A stretch of DNA of 64,000 nt from Candidatus Binatia bacterium (GCA_963664395.2 OY761159.2:1984001-2048000); one strand, 5' to 3'. Positions 39,740 through 50,949 are shown, numbered from the stretch's first letter. The notes: generated by a model from the letters alone, not told the origin. A program made the numbers and translations.

Positions 39740-39756
39740 CCTCCCATTTTGGTAGG
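39740..39756 (+). promoter_or_regulatory. Near-palindromic motif (copy 4)
   Basis: CCTCCCATTTTGGTAGG inside a ~45-bp block shared with 27284-27326. Confidence 0.6.
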
Positions 39757-39866
39757 GACATACGCGGCGGGATGGGGTAGGAAAGGTTTCGGCCCGGTGC
39801 TGCGTCAGCGTCCCGGCCAGAGGACCGATGCAAGAGGACCGCTGCAAGAGGAGAGAATAAGAATGC

Positions 39867-42800
39867 ATGCAAGCTGAACCCGGAATCCCCCAGAGGTGTT
39901 CGATTTTTCCAGGCCGTGCTCCCCAACCACCCCGCCCGTCCCGGCGATGGGGCGCGGGGGCGGCACTCGTCGTGCTGGTCGCCGTGCTGGGGATTGCCAC
40001 GCCGGAAGACCTTATGCCGGGCCCAGGCCAACTTGTGGGACCGTGAGCAATGTAGGGCAGAGCGAGTCTTGATACGCAGGCAGGGTTGATGGGAAGCCGC
40101 CAACGGCGCTATGCGCCGGTCACCTCATACGACCTTGCGGCAGCCACCGTGCCGACCCCCTGGACCCTGCCCTGACCAGTATCGAGACTTCGCGCGGTTG
40201 CTCAGTACTGACCTACTGCACACCGCTACGGTGCGGGCCCTGAACAGCGGGGCCGCCCGCGTGACGGAACGCCGCAACTGACCGGGACTGGAGGTGCGCG
40301 GGCCACGTTGACTTGGCCCAATGTTGGATGCCGCTAAAAAACGCTACGTTCCGGCCTGGCGGCACTGCTTCTGGTTCTTGCTCCGCACCTCGCCGGGCGT
40401 GGCCAAGCGTCGCGCAGACCGATACCATCTGGTGAGCAGAAGGACAAACTCGTATCTGAGGGCTTGGATACCTCCTCGACGTGGCCTGGGACGACAACGG
40501 TCCGCCATGGCGTTCACCACCGGCGCGGCGTTCTATCATGAACCAGCGACGCCGTCAAGTGTCGAAACCGGTGAGGATTCCAACGAATACGGACGACAAG
40601 ACGGGCGGCCGTCTCCCTGTGCGATCCGCGGTCAACGGCACAACTGGCTGCACCATCCAACAACGATTCCGCCGCCGACAACAGCTCCTCGACGGACCTG
40701 ACTTCCTTCAAGCAATGCGCTGAGCGTGAGCCGGCCCGGACGGCACCCTTGTCTTCACCTTCTGACGCCACCAATACGACGCTCGCTTGCCAACACGACC
40801 ACGGCTCGCTGCTGGCGGACCATCGACGTGACGGACGCCGAACACCCTGCAGCGGCGCGATTCCGTGTGACGACCTAGTAACTGCGGCGACGTTACCCGC
40901 GCCGAGCGGACGAGGACGCCGGCGGCAGCGGGCTGGATGCTCGTCATCAAGGCCATCGACGCCGGGCTCACCACGCTTACCGGGCCGGTGCGAGTTGGAC
41001 CCAACCACCCTATGACGGGCGTTGCGCATACACGGAGACCATCAAGGACGCTTCGGCCAACGACGCGCCCGGCGTGGCGACCAGACGATCGACGGACCGG
41101 ACGGCGACGTATCGGGCGGCGTCCGAGTCAGCTACCGTTTCCGGCCAACGGCGTTCAACGATGTCGTGACGACGGCGGGACAGCTGACGCCTACTACACG
41201 GCCACGAAATCGACCGCCAAGGACATTACCGAGCTGCGACGCGGCCCATTCGTGGCTGGGCTTCGCCGCGGCCACGGACACGCTCGGGCGACGACGGAAG
41301 CCGCGGACGTGAAGACGGTCGCCGACACACGGTGCCGACGCGGGCGACGGCGAGCGCACCGACTCGGCTTCAGACGACACCGCACGGGCAGACAGGCACG
41401 AAGATCGTGGTCGAACGCTTGACGCAGGCACCAACAACGGGCCGCGAACCGACGGGTGGCGAACGCCCGTACCGGCCGGTGCGACGGCGGCAGCCGGGCT
41501 ATGCGTTTCACGGCCACGTAGGTTCAACGACACGACGCCGGTCGACAGCGCCTGAACCCGCCTACACGGCGACGAAATCGACGTGACGACCGTGCCGGCT
41601 GCCGCTCGTGCTGGTCGCCCACCGGCAATGTACGGGCACTTTCGGGGGCAGCTTTGGGTTGGACGCCGACGGCTCGGTAATTCACGTCCGGCGAGCAACG
41701 GCACCGACTCGTCAGCGACACCTTCGATATCGCAGGTATCGAGCCAACACCGCACCGACCGCGGCTGACAAGACGGTGACGACGGCCCACGGGAACGCTC
41801 TACAGCGGGTCCCCAACGCCGACCCGACTGTCCTACGTTGACGGCCCGGCGCAGCAAGCCGCTGGTGAGCGTGCTGATCGTGACGTGCCGGCCGTCTTCA
41901 CCCGGCGCCCTGGCGTCAACCGGCTACGGCGTGACGTGCGCCAAGAGCGATACCGATCACTTGCGGGTATCCTACCTCCTGAGCGACGGCCACGCAACCT
42001 CAAGCCACGTGGACCGGTGCGGAGACGGCGGCCCTATACGAACTTCACCTTCAAGTTCAACCGCGTAGTTTCACGACGACAGAGCGCGGGAGCGACCTTC
42101 ACGATCCGCCTCGACCAACGGCACCACGTGGTACGGGCTGACCAGCCGCATCGTCACCGCGCCCGGCGCGCCCACCGACTGACCGCGACCGCCAGCGGGC
42201 AGGTCCTGGATCGACCTCGCCTGGGCCGCCCCGATCAAGGTCCACGCACCGGCGGCCGCGCCATCACCGGCTACACGATCGAGGTCTCCCCCGACGGCAG
42301 CAGTTGGTCCGACGACCTGGTCGCCGCCACCGCAGGAGCACCGCCACCACCTACGCCCACACGGGGCTCAACGCCGGCACCACCCGCCACTACCGCGTCT
42401 CCGCCATCAACGCCGTGGGCACGTCGGACGCCTCCGACAGCAAGGAGGCCACCACCACGGCACCACAGCGACCGCCAGCCCGTGGCGTTGGGCCGGCGGT
42501 CGCCGCCGTCAGTGGTGACAGCCGTGGCGGGCACCGCCACCGCCGCCGGGCGACGTGGTGGGGTATCTGGAGAATCCGGGAGCGGCGTCCTTCCAGAGTG
42601 GGATTGGCGTCATCTCGGGCTGGGTGTGTGACGCCGACGAAGTGGAGATTGTGTTGAACGGGGAGCCGCAGGAGGCGGCGTATGGCACCGAGCGATTAGA
42701 TACCGCCGGTGTATGCGGCGACAGTGACAACGGCTTTGGCCTCTTGTTCAACTGGAACCTGCTGGGCGACGGCGAGCATGAGGTGGTGGCCCTGGTCGAT

Positions 42801-43429
42801 GGGGTCGAACTCGACCGGGCGACGGTGACGGTGACGACGCTGGGGACGGAGTTTCTGCGGGAGGTGACGGGGATGTGTACGGTGGAAGATTTCCCGACCA
42901 TGGACGAGACGGTCACCCTGGCGTGGCAACAGACACAACAGAACTTTGTGATTGTGGAGGGCGCGGCTCCTGCCGGCACCACCAACCGGACGGGCACCCC
43001 CGGCATGGGGTATCTGGAGAACCCAGGGCCGAACTCGTTTCAGAGCGGCATCGGGGTGCTGTCGGGCTGGGCGTGTGAGGGGACCGAGGTGGTCATTGAG
43101 CTGAACGGCGCGCCCCAGCCGGCGGCGTATGGCACCGAGCGGCTGGACACCGAGGAATGTGTGGGGACACGGCCAACGGATTTGGCCTCTTGTTCAACTG
43201 GAATCTGTTGGGCGAGGGGGAACATGAGGTGGTGGCGTTCGTCGATGGCGAAGAGTTAGGCCGGGCCACGGTGCGGGTGACGACGCTGGGGGCGGAGTTT
43301 GTGCGGGATGTTGAGGGAGAATGTACAGTCGAGGACTTCCCCATGCTCGGCGAGACGGTCACCTTGGAATGGCAACAGAATAGTCAGAACTTTGTCATTA
43401 CGGACGTGGAGGGAGGGAGTACCCTCTAA
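39867..43429 (+). pseudogene. Heavily degraded surface protein gene with fibronectin type III domain and the same duplicated C-terminal domain
   Basis: Signal-like start (ALVVLVAVLGIATP). Fn3 fragments at ~42150-42440 (AITGYTIEVSPDG, TTYAHTGLNAGTTRHYRVSAINAVG). GYLENPG..SFQSGIGVISGWVC repeats at 42555-43410 with one frameshift near 43160. Confidence 0.7.
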
Positions 43430-43638
43430 TCGTTTTCCTCTTTATATATTTCCAGCCAGGCCATCTGGATGGCTTCGAGTTTGCCCTCGCTCGACTCCGC
43501 TGGGTCATCGCCGAAGTCCTCCAGGTCGGTGACCCAGCGGAGCAAATCGGTAAAACGGATGTTCAACGGATCGGTTTCGGGCTGGGCTTCGAAGAGCTGC
43601 TCGGCAATATCCTCAGGCGTGTCCCAGTATAGCTTCAT
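43426..43638 (-). CDS. iscX: Fe-S assembly protein IscX
   Basis: MKLYW...IAEQL...IRFTDL..WV..L..F.DDP..S.EGKLEAIQMAW. Confidence 0.93.
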   Translation of the reverse strand: MKLYWDTPEDIAEQLFEAQPETDPLNIRFTDLLRWVTDLEDFGDDPAESSEGKLEAIQMAWLEIYKEEND

Positions 43639-43661
43639 GACTCCCTCCCGTGCTCCGGGCG

Positions 43662-45485
43662 CTACAAGTCGGAGAGCTGTTTCTCACCCAGCGCCTCCTG
43701 GATTGAAGAATCCATAATCCGTTGGGCAAACGGCGTTGTCACCTGGCTCAACTCCTCGGTCAGGTCCCGGATCAGATCGTAATCTTCTCCAGCGCACGCC
43801 TCGCGGACCTTTTGCACGACCTGGGCAATCTGCTCTTCCTCACCCTCTTGCAGAAACGAGGCATTCTGGCTCAGGGCTTTGTCGGTGGCGTGCAGCACGG
43901 TATTGGCTTCAGTCCGGGCCTCGATCAGCAAACGCTGCTCAATGTCTTCCTCCGCAAAGTCGATGGATTCTTCCAGCAGCCGCTCAACTTCTTCGTCGGT
44001 CAAGCCGTAGGACGGTTTCACTTCAAGCGAACGTTCGAGCCCGGTTCGCAGGTCGGTTGCGGAAACGTTCAGAATGCCGTTGGCATCGATCATAAACGTC
44101 ACTTCGACGCGCGGGACTCCGGCCGGCTTGGGCTCAATGGGAATGTTGAAGCGGGCCAGGCTGCGACAATCCTGGACCAGTTCGCGTTCTCCTTGCAGGA
44201 CATGCACGGCGACCGCGGTCTGGTCATCCACCGCGGTAGTAAACATTTCCTGCACGCTCGCCGGGATCGTCGTATTGCGTTCAATGATGTGACTCATGAC
44301 CCCGCCCATGGCCTCAATCCCCAAGGATAACGGCACCACATCGAGCAGCAGCATATCCCGCCGCCGTCCGGACAGGGTATCCGCCTGGACCGCCGCCCCA
44401 ATAGCGACGACTTCATCAGGATCAATACCTGCGAGTGGTGTCCGGCCAAAAAACTCAGCGACTCGTTGGCGCACCAGCGGCATGCGGGTCGAGCCGCCGA
44501 CCAGAACGACTTCTTCAATATCAGGGGTCTCAAGCCCGGCATCTTTGAGCGCCTGCCGACACGGCTCAAGCGTGCGGGCCACAATCTCGTCAACCGCGGC
44601 TTCCATCTCCTGCCGGCTCAGGCGGCGAGAGAGCTGAACGCCTTTGTCCGGGACGCTCAGATTGAGGACCGTTTCGTCCTGCTCGGACAGGGCCTGCTTG
44701 GCCTTTTCGGCCGCACGCAGCGCACTATTCAGCACCTGCGGATCATCGCGTACTTCCTCGGCCAGTTCCGCCAGGAGAAAGCGCTCGGCTATGGACTGAT
44801 CGATATCGTCACCACCCAGCCGGGTATTGCCGTTGGTGGATAACACCTCGAAGATGCCGGTATGGAGCCGCAAAATGGACACGTCAAACGTGCCACCCCC
44901 AAAGTCATACACCGCAATCAGGCCCTCTTCTTTTGTATTCAGGCCATAGGCCAGAGCGGCTGCCGTCGGTTCGTTGAGGAGGCGAATGACCTCAAGACCG
45001 GCCAGCTTACCGGCGTCTTTGGTCGCCTGCCGCTGCGAGTCGTTGAAATACGCCGGAACGGTAATGACCACCTTACCGGCCTCTGCCTGGAGGGCCGCCG
45101 CGGCCCGGTCCCGCAAGGCACGCAGAATAACAGCCGAGACCTCCGGTGGTGTCACCTGCCGGTCGTGGATGGCAAAACGGACCAGACCGGCGGCGTCCTG
45201 ATGATCGTCAACGAAGCGATAGCGCTTCCGATCATCAGGGCTCACATGCTCCATCCCGAGGCCCATAAAACGCTTCACCGACCGAATGGTCGAGAGGGGC
45301 TGCGTGCGGGCTAACTCGCCCGCCTCCCGGCCAACAACAACTCGGTCATTCGGCAAAAAACTGACGATAGACGGCAGCATCTTCTGCCCGCTTCCGCTAT
45401 CGGCAACGACTTGTGGACCAGCGTCGTCTACATACGCAATCAGACTATTGGTGGTGCCGAGATCAATCCCAACTATACGTTCCAC
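43662..45485 (-). CDS. hscA: Fe-S chaperone Hsp70
   Basis: [27 protein letters not shown] and DFGGGTFD; isc context. Confidence 0.93.
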   Translation of the reverse strand: MERIVGIDLGTTNSLIAYVDDAGPQVVADSGSGQKMLPSIVSFLPNDRVVVGREAGELARTQPLSTIRSVKRFMGLGMEHVSPDDRKRYRFVDDHQDAAGLVRFAIHDRQVTPPEVSAVILRALRDRAAAALQAEAGKVVITVPAYFNDSQRQATKDAGKLAGLEVIRLLNEPTAAALAYGLNTKEEGLIAVYDFGGGTFDVSILRLHTGIFEVLSTNGNTRLGGDDIDQSIAERFLLAELAEEVRDDPQVLNSALRAAEKAKQALSEQDETVLNLSVPDKGVQLSRRLSRQEMEAAVDEIVARTLEPCRQALKDAGLETPDIEEVVLVGGSTRMPLVRQRVAEFFGRTPLAGIDPDEVVAIGAAVQADTLSGRRRDMLLLDVVPLSLGIEAMGGVMSHIIERNTTIPASVQEMFTTAVDDQTAVAVHVLQGERELVQDCRSLARFNIPIEPKPAGVPRVEVTFMIDANGILNVSATDLRTGLERSLEVKPSYGLTDEEVERLLEESIDFAEEDIEQRLLIEARTEANTVLHATDKALSQNASFLQEGEEEQIAQVVQKVREACAGEDYDLIRDLTEELSQVTTPFAQRIMDSSIQEALGEKQLSDL

Positions 45486-45501
45486 AGTTCGCCTCTATTT
45501 T

Positions 45502-46167
45502 TCACAAGGTGGAGAGGGCCTTTTCCACGTCGCGGGTTAAGGTACGCAGATAGGCCATATCAGACAGCACTCGCTTCAGTTCGCCCAAGAGCTGGGCCGA
45601 CCCGGCCTGCGCCCATTTGGAGAAATTGGCCGCCAGCCTGTGCTGTAAGTCCCGCATCCGGTCGTCCAGATCATCCCGCACCTGAGTCAGCTCGGCTTTG
45701 AGGCCCGCCAGCGTGTCTTGCGCGGCATCGGTCTCGGCAGGGCGGGCCTCCCGGACGGCGGCCAGCTTTTCCTGCACCTCAAACACTAACAGGGCCAGAG
45801 CGGGCGGGACTTTGTTATTTTCCTTACCGAGTTGTTCGCCGTTGAGTTCGAGCCAGTACCGGCCGCGCTGGACCGGATCACGCAGGGTCCGGTAGGCCCG
45901 GTTCACCAGCGCGGTGTTCTGAAGGCTGGCCTCCTGCTCCTCAGCAGGCCCGGTCTGGTGGAGGTCCGGATGGAGTTGGCGGCTTAAATCGTAATACGTT
46001 CCGGCCAGCGCCTGCTCGTCAAGCAGCGGATCGCGGGCCAGACCAAATAGCGTGAAATAGTCAACGTCTGGAGGTAAGGGTTGGAGAGCCTCGCAGGCCG
46101 GGCAGAACACCTGTGATGCATGCGTATTCTGACAGCGCCAGCAGCGCACCACAGCAGTCGTGGCCAT
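45502..46167 (-). CDS. hscB: Fe-S co-chaperone (J-domain, N-terminal CxxC..CxxC)
   Basis: CWRC..CPAC, DYFTLFGL, HPD and NRAYRTLRDP. Confidence 0.93.
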   Translation of the reverse strand: MATTAVVRCWRCQNTHASQVFCPACEALQPLPPDVDYFTLFGLARDPLLDEQALAGTYYDLSRQLHPDLHQTGPAEEQEASLQNTALVNRAYRTLRDPVQRGRYWLELNGEQLGKENNKVPPALALLVFEVQEKLAAVREARPAETDAAQDTLAGLKAELTQVRDDLDDRMRDLQHRLAANFSKWAQAGSAQLLGELKRVLSDMAYLRTLTRDVEKALSTL

Positions 46168-46181
46168 AGTGTGTGGGATTA

Positions 46182-46529
46182 TTAGACAGAGAAGGAGCTA
46201 CCGCAGCCGCAGGCGCGTTTGATATTGGGATTCGTCAGCTTAAAGCCTGAGTCCATTAGCGCCTCGGAAAAATCCAACTCTGTGCCACGGAGATAGATAA
46301 AGCTCTTACGGTCAACAATCACTTTGGCACTTTCCCGCTCAAAGACACGGTCACCGTCACGTGGGCTGTCCAGGGCCATCTTATAGGACAAACCCGAACA
46401 GCCCCCCCCCACCACCTTAACCCGCAACCCGCAATCCTGCCGCTCGTCCTGGACCGCCAGGTCTTCAATCTTTTTGGCTGCGTTTTCGCTAATTTCGATC
46501 TTGAGCTTTGCTTTCGCGCTTGCTGCCAT
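46182..46529 (-). CDS. iscA: A-type Fe-S carrier
   Basis: GGGCSGLSY and CGCGSSF motifs. Confidence 0.93.
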   Translation of the reverse strand: MAASAKAKLKIEISENAAKKIEDLAVQDERQDCGLRVKVVGGGCSGLSYKMALDSPRDGDRVFERESAKVIVDRKSFIYLRGTELDFSEALMDSGFKLTNPNIKRACGCGSSFSV

Positions 46530-46571
46530 GCCAGTTGTCCCAATCTTCTTATGGTTTCTGTACTCTGAATC

Positions 46572-46985
46572 CTAAGCGGCGTTCTTCGAGATGGAGACGT
46601 TGGACGCCCCCTGCTCCCGCCAGTCCGCTACCGCCGCCTTGATCGCATCCTCCGCTAACACCGAACAATGTATCTTCACCGGCGGCAGCGATAACTCCGC
46701 CACGATCTCCGTGTTCTTGATCTCAAACGCCTCCGCCACCGTCTTCCCCTTCACTAACTCCGTCACATAACTCGACGACGCAATCGCCGACCCACACCCA
46801 AAGGTCTTGAACTTCGCATCCTCGATCACTTCCGTCTCCGGATTGATCTTCAACTGCAACTTCATCACGTCCCCACACTCCGGCGCCCCCACTACGCCCG
46901 TCCCCACATTCCCTTCCCCCGCCCCAAAACTTCCCACGTTCCGCGGCTGCTCAAAATGCGCTATCACTTTCTCTGTGTATGCCAT
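46572..46985 (-). CDS. iscU: Fe-S scaffold
   Basis: MAYTEKVIAHF.PRNVG, GAPECGDVM, FGCGSAIA and LPPVKIHCS; GAGGAGG RBS before ATG 46985. Confidence 0.95.
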   Translation of the reverse strand: MAYTEKVIAHFEQPRNVGSFGAGEGNVGTGVVGAPECGDVMKLQLKINPETEVIEDAKFKTFGCGSAIASSSYVTELVKGKTVAEAFEIKNTEIVAELSLPPVKIHCSVLAEDAIKAAVADWREQGASNVSISKNAA

Positions 46986-47037
46986 CGCGATGTCCTCCTC
47001 AATATGAAGTTTGATAGATACTGAATTCTTTCTTTGC

Positions 47038-48258
47038 TCAGGTTTTCCACTGGACGGATTTGAGGTCAATCCCTTCCTTGGCCATCTCGTATAGTGGCGA
47101 CATCTCCCGCAATCGGACGACCACCTCGGAGACACGCCTGATAACGTAGTCCACATCCTCTTCGGTGTTAAAGCGTCCCAAGCCGAACCGAATCGACGTA
47201 TGGGCCAACTCTTCGCCGACACCCAGCGCCTTGAGCACATACGACGGTTCAAGGGTCGCCGAGGTACAGGCGGAACCGGACGACAGCGCGATCTCCCGGT
47301 TGAGTCCCATCAGGAAGGATTCGCCCTCCACATACGAAAAGCTCAGATTCAAGTTGCCGGGAGTCCGCTCCGTTGGATGGCCGTTCAAATACACCTCTTC
47401 CAGGTTTTCGGTCAGACCATCATGGAGTCTCTGACGCAATGCGATGAGGCGGCCGGCTTCGGCTTCCAATTCCTGCCCGCACAACTCACACGCCTTCCCA
47501 AACCCGACAATGCCCGCCACGTTCAGTGTCCCTGAGCGCATCCCCCGTTCATGGCCACCGCCATCCATCTGAGCCCGTAGGCGGACCCGGGGTCCCCGTG
47601 ACCTGACGTATAACGCACCACAACCCTTGGGCCCATACATCTTATGGGCACTCATCGACATGAGATCGATACCATCTTCGTCAACGTTGACAGGGACTTT
47701 GCCCACGCCCTGAGTCGCATCACAGTGAAGCAGGATGCCCCGCTCTTTGGCGAGCTTGCCGATTGCTCTAATGGGATGCAGGGTGCCAATCTCGTTGTTG
47801 GCGTACATCAGCGAGATCAGGATCGTATTGTCCCGGATAGCATTCTCCACATCGTCGACATCCACCCGCCCATACTTATCAACCGCTAAGTATGTCACTT
47901 CCGCGATATTCGAACGTTCGAGGGCCTTACATGTGTCTAAGACCGCTTTGTGTTCCGTGACTGCCGTAATAATATGGTTGCCTTTATCTGCGTAGAACTC
48001 CGCCACGCCCTTAATCGCAAGATTGTCCGACTCGGTCGCGCCACTGGTGAAAATAATCTCTTTGGGTCGTGCGCCGACCAAATCCGCGATCTGGCTTCGC
48101 CCCTGGTCCACCGCTTCTTCGGCTGCCCATCCAAAGGTATGATTACGACTGGCCGCATTGCCATATATCTCACCGAGAAACGGGACCATCGCCTCAATCA
48201 CGCGTGGGTCTACCGGCGTGGTAGCTTGGTTATCCATGTAGATCGGATCGCGCTCCAT
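47038..48258 (-). CDS. iscS: Cysteine desulfurase
   Basis: [19 protein letters not shown] and SSGSACTS motifs. Confidence 0.96.
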   Translation of the reverse strand: MERDPIYMDNQATTPVDPRVIEAMVPFLGEIYGNAASRNHTFGWAAEEAVDQGRSQIADLVGARPKEIIFTSGATESDNLAIKGVAEFYADKGNHIITAVTEHKAVLDTCKALERSNIAEVTYLAVDKYGRVDVDDVENAIRDNTILISLMYANNEIGTLHPIRAIGKLAKERGILLHCDATQGVGKVPVNVDEDGIDLMSMSAHKMYGPKGCGALYVRSRGPRVRLRAQMDGGGHERGMRSGTLNVAGIVGFGKACELCGQELEAEAGRLIALRQRLHDGLTENLEEVYLNGHPTERTPGNLNLSFSYVEGESFLMGLNREIALSSGSACTSATLEPSYVLKALGVGEELAHTSIRFGLGRFNTEEDVDYVIRRVSEVVVRLREMSPLYEMAKEGIDLKSVQWKT

Positions 48259-48294
48259 AATGCCCTTTCGTTGTTCAACAAGAGTCGGAATTTT

Positions 48295-48323
48295 TTAAAG
48301 TAGACTTTATAAGTCCACTTTAA
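48295..48323. promoter_or_regulatory. Rrf2/IscR-type operator upstream of iscS
   Basis: Near-perfect palindrome TTAAAGTAGACT-TTATA-AGTCCACTTTAA with the GACT-N5-AGTC core of IscR type-1 sites. Confidence 0.7.
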
Positions 48324-48408
48324 GGTTTCTCCCTGAACATGTCAACCTACATGACACAGAGAGCCCCACTGACCAGTGCAAGAGGAATCACACGAGTGAA
48401 CCCTCTTC

Positions 48409-50949
48409 TCACAACACATTTTTCAAAAACTGGCCGGTATACGATTGTTCAACGCGCGTCATGTCCTCAGGCGTCCCGCAGGCAACGACCTTGCCCCCGG
48501 CCTCTCCCCCTTCGGGACCCAAGTCGATGATCCAATCCGCGGTTTTTATCACCTCCAGGTTATGTTCAATCACCACAACGGTGTTCCCCGCTTCAACGAG
48601 TAAGGTAAAAATATCCAGCAAGCGCTGAATATCAGCGAGATGGAGGCCGGTGGTCGGTTCATCAAAAAGGAATAAGGTCCGCCCCGTGCTTTTGCGGCTC
48701 AATTCTTTGGCCAACTTGAGCCGCTGCGCTTCTCCACCGGATAGCGTTGGTGCGGCTTGACCCAGGCGTATATATGACAGTCCAACATCGCGTAACGTTT
48801 CCAAACGGGGCCGTATTTCCGGTATATCGCCGTAGAGTGCCAACACCTCAGCGACCGTCATATTCAGGACATCGGCAATGCTCTGGCCGCGAAATGTGAT
48901 GGCTAAAGTATCCCGATTATAGCGCTGGCCATGGCACACATCACACGTGACATAGACATCGGGTAAAAAGTTCATCTCAACCGCGAAGACACCGTTTCCT
49001 TCACACGCCTCACACCGTCCACCTTTGGCGTTAAAAGAGAAGCGGCTCAGGTTATAGCCACGTACCCGCGCCTCGGGCAATTGGGCAAAAAGGACGCGAA
49101 GCGGCTGTAAGAGCCCAGTGTACGTCGCCGGGGTGGAAGTGGGCGTCCGCCCAATAGGAGCCTGGTCAACCACTATCATTTTATCGAGCTGTTGCCAGCC
49201 TGAGAGCCGGCCGACCCCTGCTGCGGGCGATGTCCTACCCGCCAGCACAGCCGCCAGAGCCGGCACGAGGGCGTCGCTGATGAGCGAACTCTTGCCCGAG
49301 CCGGATACGCCGGTCACACACGTCAGCGCCCCAAGCGGGAAGGCCACGGTTATATCTTTGAGATTATGTATCCTCGTCCGGGCGAGGGTGAGGAAATCTT
49401 TCGCTGTTCGTCGCGCCATGCGTCGTTTTGTCGGTATCGCAATCTTCGCCTCGCCCGAAAGATATTGTCCGGTCAGAGAGTTCGAGGCATTTTTGACGTC
49501 TTGCGGTGTTCCGACGGCACACACCTGCCCACCCTGCTCGCCTGCGCCCGGGCCTAAATCAATAAGATGGTCAGCAGCCAGCATAGTCTCGGGATCGTGC
49601 TCGACCACAACCACCGTATTCCCCTGATGACACAGCTGTTTGAGAATCTTCAGGAGCCGACCCGTGTCACGAGGATGAAGCCCAACTGACGGTTCGTCCA
49701 GAATATAGATGACCCCGGATAAGCCATTGCCAAGCAGCGTCGCAAGCCGGATACGCTGTGCCTCGCCGCCGGACAGTGACAGCATCGTTCGGTCCAGAGC
49801 AACATACTCTAATCCCAGATCAACCAACGCCCGGAGACGCGTGACAATCTCCTGACAGAGCGGTCGGGCAATCTGCTCTGTCTGTCCGTAAAAAACAAGC
49901 TGAGAGAAAAAGTCTGCCACCTCTCCAAGCGGCTGTGTGTTGAGTTCGCTCAGGCTCCTGTCCCCGATGCGTACCCCCTGGGTCTCAGACCGGAGTCGGG
50001 CGCCGTCACACCTCGAACAGACCTGCGATTCGACCGCGTCATGGGCGCTCGCCCGCTTTTTTGCAGTCCGCGCCCGTACGCCCAGGCCCTCACAGGCCGG
50101 ACATGCTCCGTCCGGGCTATTGGGCGAAAAGAACGCCGGGCTCAGTTCCGGATAGGCAAAGCCACAGGCGGGACAGATGAGGCGCTGAGTGAAGAGGCGC
50201 TCTTCGTTTTCCTCAATCAGGACTTTGACAATATCCTTGCCATAGCGCAAAGCCGTGTCCAGCGAATCGGCCAGGCGTTGGGCGATGCCGCTTTTGGCTA
50301 CGAGCCGGTCAATCACTATATCAAGTTGCGTCTGGGCGATCTCACCCGGACTCAAACATGAGATATCTTCGGCCAGATCCATCAGATCATGCAGCTCATG
50401 GATCGTGCCATTCAGCCGGACACGGACAAAGCCGGCTTTGCCCAGTTCTTGGAGGGCGCTGTCAAAATCATCAGGATGGAAAAGGCGTATTGGAGCCAAA
50501 ATCTGGAGCCGACTCCCTGCGGGCACATCGAGTAATTGGTCCACAATCTGGGGCACACTGTGGCGTTCAATCACTCGTCCGCATTCCAGGCAGTGAGGCG
50601 TGCCGACCCGGGCATATAACAGCCGCAGATAGTCGGCAATCTCGCTGACCGTGCCAACGGTTGAGCGGGGTGAAGTTGTCACGCGGCGCTGTTCAACCGC
50701 GACCGCCGGAGACAGGCCATTGATTGCATCAACATCGGGTCTGGCACGCTGCGCCAAAAACTGACGCGCGTAGACGGAGAGTGATTCCACATAGCGTCGG
50801 CGTCCTTCGGCGTACAGGACATCAAAGGCCAGGGTCGATTTTCCCGACCCGGAGACGCCGGTAATCACGACAAATTTATTGCGCGGAATCTCAATTGAAA
50901 TGTTTTTGAGATTATGTTCGCGCGCGCCTCGAATACTAATCGTATCCAC
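48409..50949 (-). CDS. uvrA: Excinuclease ABC subunit A (short variant)
   Basis: Two GVSGSGKS Walker A motifs, two LSGGEAQR signatures and Zn fingers; GTG start at 50949. Confidence 0.92.
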   Translation of the reverse strand: MDTISIRGAREHNLKNISIEIPRNKFVVITGVSGSGKSTLAFDVLYAEGRRRYVESLSVYARQFLAQRARPDVDAINGLSPAVAVEQRRVTTSPRSTVGTVSEIADYLRLLYARVGTPHCLECGRVIERHSVPQIVDQLLDVPAGSRLQILAPIRLFHPDDFDSALQELGKAGFVRVRLNGTIHELHDLMDLAEDISCLSPGEIAQTQLDIVIDRLVAKSGIAQRLADSLDTALRYGKDIVKVLIEENEERLFTQRLICPACGFAYPELSPAFFSPNSPDGACPACEGLGVRARTAKKRASAHDAVESQVCSRCDGARLRSETQGVRIGDRSLSELNTQPLGEVADFFSQLVFYGQTEQIARPLCQEIVTRLRALVDLGLEYVALDRTMLSLSGGEAQRIRLATLLGNGLSGVIYILDEPSVGLHPRDTGRLLKILKQLCHQGNTVVVVEHDPETMLAADHLIDLGPGAGEQGGQVCAVGTPQDVKNASNSLTGQYLSGEAKIAIPTKRRMARRTAKDFLTLARTRIHNLKDITVAFPLGALTCVTGVSGSGKSSLISDALVPALAAVLAGRTSPAAGVGRLSGWQQLDKMIVVDQAPIGRTPTSTPATYTGLLQPLRVLFAQLPEARVRGYNLSRFSFNAKGGRCEACEGNGVFAVEMNFLPDVYVTCDVCHGQRYNRDTLAITFRGQSIADVLNMTVAEVLALYGDIPEIRPRLETLRDVGLSYIRLGQAAPTLSGGEAQRLKLAKELSRKSTGRTLFLFDEPTTGLHLADIQRLLDIFTLLVEAGNTVVVIEHNLEVIKTADWIIDLGPEGGEAGGKVVACGTPEDMTRVEQSYTGQFLKNVL

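Noticed and set aside
40213-42540. Many short overlapping ORFs as separate genes
   Set aside because: They are Arg/Pro-rich off-frame translations of one degraded surface-protein gene.
27367-43429. Diversity-generating retroelement or shufflon explaining the repeats
   Set aside because: There is no reverse transcriptase or invertase, all repeats are direct, and the differences are not visibly adenine-specific.
46986-47252. 226-aa version of iscU
   Set aside because: The extension overlaps iscS; the RBS and homology start at 46985.
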